DNA of 34,640 nt from positions 1-34,640 of the forward strand of contig CAVYHV010000003.1 of assembly GCA_963768425.1 (NCBI GenBank), in the 5' to 3' direction. Both the position numbers and the translations under genes were made by a program. The notes beneath the pieces were generated by a model that did no database searches, was not told where the DNA came from, and saw nothing but the letters and a program-made list of their open reading frames with translations. Source of the DNA: Candidatus Bathyarchaeota archaeon. GTDB lineage: Archaea; Thermoproteota; Bathyarchaeia; Bathyarchaeales; Bathycorpusculaceae. Below, one piece after another: positions 18,683 to 26,994 of this stretch (positions are counted from its first letter, which is position 1; every line of letters begins with the position of its first letter).

Positions 18683-20826
18683 TGACTGCCACTGAGGCTG
18701 AGGCGCCCCAAGGCCTCGCGCCATCCGTCCAGTTCTCGCTTGGCTTCAACAGTTTAGTCTGGGTTGAATCACTTTTCAAACGCATAATCGACGGCGTAAG
18801 CGGCCGAGGCGGAGTAGAAGCCTTATGCAGCTACATGGACAACATCGACTTCATACCCGAACTTGTTCCCCTGCGGCAGCAGATGAAGGTAGACAGCATC
18901 TTCTTCGAAACAGCCCTGTCAAAATGCAACAAGGAAATGCTCAAGAGGCCTGAAAGCCAGCGGGAACAAGACGTCCAAGACATAATGGGCTTCGAATGCA
19001 GCGGCTGCCACCGGCAAGCAAGCCTGCTAACGATGGCCTCCGCCCATGGAACCTGCACATGCGGGGGAAAATACGCGCCTGCATACGTCGACGGCTTGCT
19101 TAAGCTTCTGGCCAGGCACATGGCGCCGTCGCCTGAAGCCGTTTTAATGAATGTGGCGTATGACCGAATCGCCAACGCCTACGTAAAAGCCTACGAAGCG
19201 CTTAAGCTTGTGATGGATCAAACAGCCGGGTTCTTCGGTTGGGACCGCTTCCGCATTGAAGATCCACAGCTTAGAAACTACCTGGACCAGTTCTTCCTGG
19301 GAAAAATGACTGGGGAAAGCAAGATTCCACGGGAAGAAAAAGAGGTCCTGCAATTCCTCATCAGAGCCAACTTGGCGGGCGTGGATCTTAAAACTGCAGG
19401 GAAAATCATTCGCTTAGCCATTGACGCGGTAAAATACGGTTACCTCTACGAAGTCCTCGGCTGCGCAGGAGCCTATCCCCTTTACGCGGAGACACTCGCC
19501 AACTTCAACCCCCTATACGACGAAGTTAACATGCGGATTCGCCAGGCGCTTTCGTCGGACCAGCATGAAGGCAAACACATGAAAATCCACGTTAAAAAAA
19601 CGCTTGGCGGCTACTATGCACCGTGCCTTCTGATGCCAAGGAACTGCTGGGAATCAGGGAAAATCGCGCAGGACATAGAAATGGAGCCGATCACCAGGTT
19701 CCCGATTTTTCCAAAAGCAGACTTCGGCGCCCTCCAAACAGTTTATGCGCCAGTCGGCGGCGGAAAAACCGTCCTGTTGAGCGCAGTCGCCTGCTACTCT
19801 ATTAGAGCCCGGGAAGAACTGATTTTCAGCCCGCTGGGCGACAAAAGCAACAGCTTCAGCTTGGCATGCATGCCACTCTTCGCCTATGACGACCGAACCA
19901 AAAAGCTCCTGCATCGACTAAAAGACACTTTAGGAGTGGAACCCGCGCCAGTTCCAGTCTTAACACTGAACATCCTCCAAAAAGGCGACAAAATCACAGA
20001 CGAAGACAAGAATCCCCCCACAGTCTTCGACCGAATAGTGGAAGTTGACGACCCAAAATCCTTTGACTTGGACTTCAAAGAAGTAATGGAAGAACTCAAA
20101 AAAAGCGGCGAATTTCTGGATTTAGGGTACAAGTCAACAACCGGCATCATCGTCGCCCGCAACTTGGACAGGTACTACGGCAAAGCAAACGTCAACATCG
20201 ACGTGCAAAACGCAATCACCCTTCTCCAGCAGTTCGACGCCTACCGAAAAAGCCATCTAAAACAGGCCTCACGAGTCTTCATCGACGAAATCAGCTACCT
20301 CGCCTCGGCCCAGGTCACCCTGTACGGCAGCGACGCCCTCAAAAGCGGCGCCACAATCAGCGACTTCATAAAAGAATCCAGACGAAACAAATCCAGCGTC
20401 GATACCGCCACCCAGCTTCCCCTGGAGGTGCTTCCGGAAATACGTGACTCCGCAACAAACGTTTTCTTCCGGGACCTGGCGCAGAGCAAAGACAAAAGCC
20501 GCAGCCAAATAGACTTCCTACTTGAAAGCTTAAAACTTAAGGAACCCACGATCAGGCCAGTGATCAGAGACATCAACGAACGCGGCCTGCTGCCGAAAGG
20601 CTACTGGTTCTGGTACCACAGGCCAGACAGAGAGATCCAGGTGATTAACCCTTGCCCACCAACCTTCTGTCTGCAGGATCCAAACAAGACGCCCAAGCAG
20701 CTCTTCAAAATGTGGCATAAAATCTCTGGGCAAAACCTGCTACTGGAAAGTTGGAAGGATGTGCCGCGCCTCAGCGTGCACCAAGGCGATAAACAAGAGA
20801 GGAAAAAAGTCAAAGGTTACGCATAA
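18682..20826 (+). CDS. P-loop ATPase, FtsK/HerA superfamily (packaging- or VirB4-like)
   Basis: Walker A APVGGGKT, Walker B VFIDE, then ESRR and TATQ motifs; N-terminal CSGC...CTCG zinc site. Confidence 0.75.
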   Translation: MTATEAEAPQGLAPSVQFSLGFNSLVWVESLFKRIIDGVSGRGGVEALCSYMDNIDFIPELVPLRQQMKVDSIFFETALSKCNKEMLKRPESQREQDVQDIMGFECSGCHRQASLLTMASAHGTCTCGGKYAPAYVDGLLKLLARHMAPSPEAVLMNVAYDRIANAYVKAYEALKLVMDQTAGFFGWDRFRIEDPQLRNYLDQFFLGKMTGESKIPREEKEVLQFLIRANLAGVDLKTAGKIIRLAIDAVKYGYLYEVLGCAGAYPLYAETLANFNPLYDEVNMRIRQALSSDQHEGKHMKIHVKKTLGGYYAPCLLMPRNCWESGKIAQDIEMEPITRFPIFPKADFGALQTVYAPVGGGKTVLLSAVACYSIRAREELIFSPLGDKSNSFSLACMPLFAYDDRTKKLLHRLKDTLGVEPAPVPVLTLNILQKGDKITDEDKNPPTVFDRIVEVDDPKSFDLDFKEVMEELKKSGEFLDLGYKSTTGIIVARNLDRYYGKANVNIDVQNAITLLQQFDAYRKSHLKQASRVFIDEISYLASAQVTLYGSDALKSGATISDFIKESRRNKSSVDTATQLPLEVLPEIRDSATNVFFRDLAQSKDKSRSQIDFLLESLKLKEPTIRPVIRDINERGLLPKGYWFWYHRPDREIQVINPCPPTFCLQDPNKTPKQLFKMWHKISGQNLLLESWKDVPRLSVHQGDKQERKKVKGYA

Positions 20827-21461
20827 TGTTTTTGCCAGCTACCTTCTACGCTTACGGCGCAAAACACCGACGCATCGCCCTGCACACAATAAAGAAAGCC
20901 AGTGAATGCCCCACAGACTGGGCGCAACTCAAGTTGCTTGTCACCAACGACTGCGTCCCCGTTCTTTTCTACGAGCACAAGTTAACCTCCGCGATCATGA
21001 CGTTTGAAACTCACCTTTCAGGAAAATACACGGTGCACACTGAAGGCGGAGTCAGAGTAGCCAAGGGCGGATACGGCGACATGCGTCTTCGCTTCCAACG
21101 TGGCGTCGAATGGACCGGCAAAGTAGTTTTGAACCCAAAGAACATGAAAGTCACAATCAGCAACTGCCAGTTTGGACCTAACATTTGGCTGCTGACCGCC
21201 GACTACTATGAGGAACGAGGCGTAAAATACAGGTCTCCAAACATTATTCCCCGACAGCTGCCGAAGCCAGGCGACCCCAAAGGCCTGCTTATGGATCCAA
21301 GCGCTTCCCGTTACGCTGACTACTCCAGGCAGCCCAAAGGACCATACGATTTCGAGCAAACAAAAAATGTGGACCTCAGTTACCGCATGGAAGCCGACGT
21401 CAGAACATATTTGCCTGAAGGCTTCTACATCCACGAAGAAAAAGAGAAAAAAGTTAGTTAG
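20826..21461 (+). CDS. Hypothetical protein
   Basis: 211 aa ORF coupled to the ATPase stop codon. Confidence 0.7.
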   Translation: MFLPATFYAYGAKHRRIALHTIKKASECPTDWAQLKLLVTNDCVPVLFYEHKLTSAIMTFETHLSGKYTVHTEGGVRVAKGGYGDMRLRFQRGVEWTGKVVLNPKNMKVTISNCQFGPNIWLLTADYYEERGVKYRSPNIIPRQLPKPGDPKGLLMDPSASRYADYSRQPKGPYDFEQTKNVDLSYRMEADVRTYLPEGFYIHEEKEKKVS

Positions 21462-21622
21462 TCAGGTTGCCCCTTAACTTTTCCCTGCTTCTCAAGGTCC
21501 GTTAAGCTATCCAACACGTCGATGATGTTCAGCTTAAGGTCCTCAGCGATCTTCTCTTCTGTCTCGTTCGGGTGCTCTCCAATGTAGTCAAGGATCCGCT
21601 CGTTATTTTCCTTATTCGCCAT
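21458..21622 (-). CDS. Small acidic winged-helix protein (54 aa)
   Basis: Read by hand: MANKENNERILDYIGEHPNETEEKIAEDLKLNIIDVLDSLTDLEKQGKVKGQPD. Confidence 0.7.
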   Translation of the reverse strand: MANKENNERILDYIGEHPNETEEKIAEDLKLNIIDVLDSLTDLEKQGKVKGQPD

Positions 21623-21633
21623 TTCATCCCCCT

Positions 21634-22467
21634 CTAGAATAATGATGGAACCACTGGTTTGTTGGGTTTCTGTTTGCTTGGACCCGGCTCAGCAAGCATC
21701 CATCTTCGTCTCTGCCGCTTGTTCTCTGCCAGCATGATTTCAACGCCGAATTTGCTTCCGTCCTTGCTCATTATGGGGCGCAGGAAACCAACGTACATTT
21801 TGCCGTAGCCATGGCTGAATTCTTTGATCGCACCCACTTTCCCAGTTTTGATAAGGTCCGCACCCATTTTGCGCAGGCCATCCTCGTCAGATTCGCCTTC
21901 TCCCCAAACCTCCAGGAAACTGTAGGGCAGAAAGTTCGAAGGCACATCAGCATCAACCGGCTCCACTTTAATGTCCTTGGTCTTTGAGATCTGAACCGGC
22001 TGCAAAGTGCCATCCGGCATCTCCTGAGCTGTGCGAACATCGGCTTTAGCGACTTCGTTACCTTTCTCATCAAACCACTTCTCAACTTTAGAGGGCCCAA
22101 TCAACTCTTTATGCACGATCTCGCCCTGCGGCCCGATATGCTTGATTTTCACAAGTGAATCCGTCTTCTCCGTTTCGTAGCGGACATCTGCCGAGACGCT
22201 TATGCCGATGTTCTTGTACTCCAGCTTCGCCTTGAAACCCGGCGGCAACTTCTCCTCAATAACTTCAGCTGCTGCAGCTGTCTGAGGCATCTTAAGAACC
22301 ATAGTCTTCTGTTTAGGCCTAGTAGCCGCTTTAACAGGCTGAATTTTTTTAGCTGCTGCCTGAGCCTGTTTGGTCTGGGTCTGCTTCTTAAGCTTCGCGG
22401 AAACAACGTTTTTAACTGTAGATTTCCGCTTCAAAACATACTGCTGCTTACTGGCTGGCTTCTTCAA
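21634..22467 (-). CDS. Divergent Ku-like DNA end-binding protein with basic N-terminal extension
   Basis: GNEVAKADVRTAQEMPDG, KTKDIKVEPVDAD and LIKTGKVGAIKEF...VGFLRP follow, in order, the prokaryotic Ku segments GEEV.YEDIVKGYE, TKTIEIEEFVD and L..TGKVAIAKF...ALRP; DNA ligase two genes away. Confidence 0.6.
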   Translation of the reverse strand: MKKPASKQQYVLKRKSTVKNVVSAKLKKQTQTKQAQAAAKKIQPVKAATRPKQKTMVLKMPQTAAAAEVIEEKLPPGFKAKLEYKNIGISVSADVRYETEKTDSLVKIKHIGPQGEIVHKELIGPSKVEKWFDEKGNEVAKADVRTAQEMPDGTLQPVQISKTKDIKVEPVDADVPSNFLPYSFLEVWGEGESDEDGLRKMGADLIKTGKVGAIKEFSHGYGKMYVGFLRPIMSKDGSKFGVEIMLAENKRQRRRWMLAEPGPSKQKPNKPVVPSLF

Positions 22468-22497
22468 TACTCAACACTTCTTACAAGAAAAAACAGA

Positions 22498-22776
22498 TTA
22501 TTCCAGGTTTTGGCCGATCCGCAATTCCCATTCGTTATCAAAATTGCTCATCAACGAAAACAATTCGCCTTCGTCAGTGTCTTCCACAGGAACCGCGAAC
22601 CATTTTCCGCCTTTACTTAAAACTATACGTTGACCCTCGTCAGTATCCTGCGTTCGTGCTGTGACACCCATCAGGATTGTCCTCTTCTGCTTTGAATCTA
22701 AAACCTGGCCAAGTCGCTTCATAGGGCATATTCGCGGTCTTCGCCCATACGTTTTCTTGCTCTCTTTCCTATACAC
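22498..22776 (-). CDS. Hypothetical protein with basic N-terminus
   Basis: GTG start after GAGG; lies between ligase and Ku-like gene. Confidence 0.6.
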   Translation of the reverse strand: MYRKESKKTYGRRPRICPMKRLGQVLDSKQKRTILMGVTARTQDTDEGQRIVLSKGGKWFAVPVEDTDEGELFSLMSNFDNEWELRIGQNLE

Positions 22777-22806
22777 TTGAGACGCCTCAAAAGAGAAAAA
22801 AGAAAC

Positions 22807-23826
22807 TTAGTCCGGCAACTTGACTTGCGCCGCCGGTTTATCTGGTCTTTCCCTCAAAAAGTCAGGCATGCGTAGGATCCCGTTTGGCGTGCGATTAAGA
22901 AATTTTACTTCAATAACCATTTTAGGCTGCACCCAGCCCTGCACGTTGACGTCACCGGGAACAACAACCTGCGGCGCCTTCGCCTGCATCGATTTCATCT
23001 TCTTAAGCATCGCGCCTAACTCGGAGTTCTTCAGCGCCGCCGTTCTGCCGACGTAGTGTAGTTGGCCTTTCTTGTCTCGCTGCGCCAGGATCAGGGAGCC
23101 GAAGGTTGATGCACGTGCGCCTTCACCTTTAGTGTAGCCGACGACGATTGCTTCGTCGCTTTTCCAGTTTTTGACTTTTATCCACTCCGGCGTCCGAGCA
23201 CCTTGCCGGTAGGGGCTGTCAAGGTCCTTGAGGACGACGCCTTCCAGTTTTCTCTTCTCAAGTTCCTTGAACTTGTTTTCCTTCGCTTGGACGCCTCTTA
23301 CGCTATCTGGAACAATGATGTGCGGCGTGTTCTTGGGAATAATGGTTTTGAGGATCTCCATGCGGTCCTTGTATGGTAGCCCCTGCAGGTCCTCGTCGTC
23401 GACGTAGAGAACATCGAAGATAACCAGCTTCGCCTCAACGCCTTCTTCCTGGATCTTCTCGTCGTTGGCCAACGCATTGAGGAAATAGTCCCGGTCCGTG
23501 CCCTTCTTGAAAAAGGTGAATTCGCAGTCGAAGATTGCCCGGTCAACCGGCAACGTTTTGACTTCAGCAAGTATTTCGGGGTGTTTGAGGCCGTAGTCGT
23601 TTACCCAGTTTCTGCTTCCGATCAACTGCACACTGTCGTAGTCTTTGATTCCTGCGGTTCTGCTTCCATCGTATTTTCTTGTCTCGTCTTTTTTGGGGTC
23701 TTTAATGTCGGCTTTGGTGCCGTCTTGAACCAGCATTGGAGTGATTTTCTGATGGTAAATCGCTGGTGCCGGAGGCCGCTTTTTTCTGGCGCCATATTGA
23801 GAAGTCGACTTTGGGTTGTAGGGCAT
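22807..23826 (-). CDS. ATP-dependent DNA ligase (LigD/LigC-like minimal ligase)
   Basis: Motif I KYDGSR, III FDCE, IIIa IFDVL, IV EGVVLK, V WIKVK, OB domain with LRMP.F.RERPDK. Confidence 0.92.
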   Translation of the reverse strand: MPYNPKSTSQYGARKKRPPAPAIYHQKITPMLVQDGTKADIKDPKKDETRKYDGSRTAGIKDYDSVQLIGSRNWVNDYGLKHPEILAEVKTLPVDRAIFDCEFTFFKKGTDRDYFLNALANDEKIQEEGVEAKLVIFDVLYVDDEDLQGLPYKDRMEILKTIIPKNTPHIIVPDSVRGVQAKENKFKELEKRKLEGVVLKDLDSPYRQGARTPEWIKVKNWKSDEAIVVGYTKGEGARASTFGSLILAQRDKKGQLHYVGRTAALKNSELGAMLKKMKSMQAKAPQVVVPGDVNVQGWVQPKMVIEVKFLNRTPNGILRMPDFLRERPDKPAAQVKLPD

Positions 23827-23901
23827 GGCTATCGGAAGAAAAATGATTTTTGTTACGCCGGCAAAAAAAGGTCTCCGACTGCGGTTTCTAGCGTAACATT
23901 T

Positions 23902-24471
23902 TTAGAACGCCCAAACCAGTTTGGGTACGCCTAAAGCTTTGGCTGCTTCGTCTCTGGCCTGGTCGGTGCCCACGTTTCCCAGGTTCTTTAAGCCTTGAGG
24001 CGTAACCAGCTGATAGGACCTGCCATAATAGTTGTGTTCTCTGCCTCCGCTGGCCTGAGAAACCTCCAGTACGGATCCGACTGGGTAGCTTCCGCTGAAC
24101 TTGAACTTCATCAACGTTTTGGTTTTCTTTTCTGCTTCCTTCTTTTCCTCTTCGGTTTTGGCTTCGTCAATGGCTTTTGTATCCTTGATTTTCCGCCAGA
24201 TCTTCGCTATGTCGATGAAGGACCGTGTTACTCGGCCCTGAGAGTCAACTTTCAACTGGGCTGCCCAGCTTTTTCCTTCCCGCGGATCCAGAAACGCGCT
24301 TTCAAAATTAACTTGCGTAATCTTCTGCACCGGGGCGGCTGGAGGCGGAGCAAGATGCGGTTTAGCTGGAGACTTGACTGGAGACACAGGTGTCTTCTTC
24401 ATGGTTAAGTTTGGAAGAAACGTTTGGCGTCTGACGCCGTATTGAGATGTCTTTTTAGGGCTGTAAGACAT
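23902..24471 (-). CDS. Hypothetical protein sharing its N-terminal peptide with the ligase
   Basis: 189 aa ORF; MSYSPKKTSQYGVR, Pro-rich linker, then a globular domain. Confidence 0.7.
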   Translation of the reverse strand: MSYSPKKTSQYGVRRQTFLPNLTMKKTPVSPVKSPAKPHLAPPPAAPVQKITQVNFESAFLDPREGKSWAAQLKVDSQGRVTRSFIDIAKIWRKIKDTKAIDEAKTEEEKKEAEKKTKTLMKFKFSGSYPVGSVLEVSQASGGREHNYYGRSYQLVTPQGLKNLGNVGTDQARDEAAKALGVPKLVWAF

Positions 24472-24594
24472 GGTTCCACGATAGAAAAAGAAATCAGTCG
24501 TTTTTCGGCTTGATTGTTAACGTGATCAGCTGAAAGTTCGGGTTCCGCGACCTTCTTGTTAAACGAACTTTCTGTTTTTCTTTCAGTGACTGAC

Positions 24595-25559
24595 ATGACA
24601 GTGTTTGACCCCCAAACTGAAGAGTTCCTGGCTGCCATGGGCACCTCCGCCAAAACGTACCGTCCGGCCCTAACAAAATTTCAAGCGTTCCTTGTGAATT
24701 TGCCGGATCCTTCCTGGAAAGATTCTGCTGCGCCGCTGCAGCTGTTCCTCGACAAAGTCGAAGAAGACATGACAAGGCCAAAGCGGCAGCGGCTGAGAAT
24801 AGCGCGGAAAACCCTCCAGGGCTTTGTCGACTACTTAAAAAGCAGCGGCAAATCGGGGAACACCGTGAACACTTACGTCGCCGCCGTCCAAAGCATGGCA
24901 TCTTTCTCCGAAACAGAGTTAACCCGAAAATTCGTTGACATACCTAAACCGAAAGCCAAAACGAAAGCGTATCCCTGGGGAGTGCAAATGCTTGAGAAGT
25001 TCATCAAGCTCGAGAAGAAACCACTGTACCAGGTGATCACAGGGCTTTACTGGCAAAGCGGATTAAGCGTCGGCGACGCAACAAGAATCCTGTATGGCGG
25101 CATAAAAGACGAGTTTGAAGCGGAAGTCTGCCCTATCTGCCTGGACTTTACCAGTGAAGGCCGACATAAAACAGGCGTGGAGTTCCGAAGCTTCTTTGGC
25201 GCAGAAACCATCGAGTTATTCAAACGTTACTTCAAAGCTGAAGGAACCCCTGAAGCTGAGGATCCCGTTTTCCAGTGGGTGAACGCGCCATCCAGAAGAA
25301 CTACGCGAGCATAGCTGAAGAGATCATTGGGTCATACGAGGGACGCAACCCAATGGCGGAGCACACGATCCGCAAAAAGTTCCGAACCAACATCGTCAAC
25401 GCCGGCTGCCCCGAAAGCTACGCGGAATATTTTATGGGCCACAACCTAGGCGGTGACCTGCGGAAAACCTACACGTTGATGAGCAACGACCAGTGGCGTG
25501 TAGAATACAAGAAAGTCATGCCTGCAACAGCGTTCAAACTGCCCAAAGTGGCTGTCTAA
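24595..25559 (+). CDS. Tyrosine recombinase/integrase (frameshift near 25270)
   Basis: SAM-like SGNTVNTYVAAV, SGLSVGD, RHKT, HTIRK, MGH and KTY; one extra T in gttttccagtg joins the halves. Confidence 0.88.
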
Positions 25560-25679
25560 TGCTCGAATTGAGGGAGCCACCCGAGAATGTTGGCGGCTAA
25601 TCAAAATTCTTGTGGCTGCGATAGCACAATCACAATAGTACATGTAGCATGATTCCCTGCCTATTCTCGGTGCAAAGTT

Positions 25680-25853
25680 TTGTCAAAAGCTCAACCTCAT
25701 CCAGGTCATGAAAAACACCTCTGCAAAATGGTAGAGGACAAAGTACCCATAGAGAAGATTAAGCCACTTGTGAAAGATGCGAAATACATCTGCAAAGGCT
25801 GCATGCGAACTGCTGCCAAAGCAGAAAGCCTCTGCGCCCCAGAACCTCTCTAA
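25680..25853 (+). CDS. Small His/Cys metal-binding protein (57 aa)
   Basis: Read by hand: MSKAQPHPGHEKHLCKMVEDKVPIEKIKPLVKDAKYICKGCMRTAAKAESLCAPEPL, followed by a T-run. Confidence 0.65.
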   Translation: MSKAQPHPGHEKHLCKMVEDKVPIEKIKPLVKDAKYICKGCMRTAAKAESLCAPEPL

Positions 25854-26129
25854 ACTCTTTTTTTGAAATTGGAATAGCTAATTTAGGATTGCTTTTTTCT
25901 ATCACACAATTTCGATTCTTGGTAACAGTAGGTCATTAGAAAAAGTTAGTTCTTTGGGAGATACTTGAAGTACTCCACTACGCCGCTTGCTATTCCGGTT
26001 AGGTTGTTTCGGCTTGCAGCAGTATGTCCGTCCACGAGAACACGGTCGTACTTCACGCCTTTCCTAACAACAATTCTCGGCCAGGCAGCCGCACCTGTGT
26101 TTGTTTTGGTCTCTTTTGCCGGTAACCCA

Positions 26130-26336
26130 CTAAGTCTCCTCCTCTTCGTCTCGGTCGTCAGTAGACGTTGTGTTGCCAGTTATGCTGTCTTCAATATCCG
26201 CTTGCACACATTCCTCGCGCAGCAGGATCCTGAGCTTCTCTTCTAGAGACTCGGCGTGGTCAGAGAAAATAGGTTCCCTGAGTTTTATCTTGAAAACTTG
26301 AGCTCTCTTCCTTCTTCGCTTCTCTTGATAACTCAA
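26130..26336 (-). CDS. Small hypothetical protein (68 aa)
   Basis: TTG start after AGGTGA: MSYQEKRRRKRAQVFK...DEEEET. Confidence 0.5.
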   Translation of the reverse strand: MSYQEKRRRKRAQVFKIKLREPIFSDHAESLEEKLRILLREECVQADIEDSITGNTTSTDDRDEEEET

Positions 26337-26994
26337 CGCTGCTTCACCTACAAGAAAAAACTTCAAGAAAATTATTTCCAGTTTTCTTTGCCATTGAAAA
26401 CGTAGAGCTTGCCGTCTGGGCCCAAGTCGCTGATTACTTCAGTGTTAACTGGCAGCGTCACCTTGGACACGGCGCCGGTGCGTTTGCCAGTTTCCAGGTC
26501 CCGGCCGTAATGGTCTCGTGCTTCAGTTCGGCTGTCGCATAGCCAGATTATAATCGCTAAAACAGAATTAAATTATTAACAACTTTAAAGCTTTTGCAGA
26601 AGAAGTAACCATTAAAGTGCCCTATGTGTGGTGGAGAGTTTAGTTGAAGAATGAGCCTAATTGTGATTGTTTGACAGTGTTTTTCGCTTTTGCTTTCTTA
26701 TTTACATGGTTTTGGAGTTGGCTTCGGAGTTGGTTTTGGAGGACACGTTGGTGTAGGGGTTGGTTTCTGTGTTGGTTTAGGCGTTGGTGTCTGTTTCCGT
26801 TTTTGGATTTACAAATCAAGTTTGGTGTTTTCCGAGAAATGATTTGGTGATTCTTTTTTGGTTCTGGGCTTCTTCACCTGCTTTCTTCTGGAAACTCCTA
26901 GTTAGCCTCTGGAAACTAGAGGTATGGAATAAGTGATTGGGCCCGACAAAGACGTTCCAACTGGAATTTCAAGGAAGACTTACAGCTCTGAGGC

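Larger units (their letters stand above)
1..26550. mobile_element. Integrative mobile element (provirus-like or cryptic integrated element); left end outside window, right end approximate
   Basis: GC-richer block of tightly coupled genes including MCM, ParB-like proteins, Hjc, a membrane/ATPase operon and a tyrosine recombinase; composition turns AT-richer near 26550. No att repeat or tRNA target found. Confidence 0.8.

Noticed and set aside
20826-21461. LigD phosphoesterase domain completing the NHEJ set
   Set aside because: Only a PKGP-like word matches; the His/Asp motif (H...HYDFRLE) is absent, and the gene belongs to the opposite operon.
69-24901. Numerous antisense ORFs in the six-frame track
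   Set aside because: They are shadows of well-supported genes on the other strand and have no motifs.
24472-26700. tRNA gene or att site near the integrase
   Set aside because: No cloverleaf, T-loop consensus or long direct repeat found by eye.
26640-26880. Minus-strand Pro/Thr/Lys-rich reading frame
   Set aside because: Interrupted by stops and lacking a usable start; at most a gene remnant.
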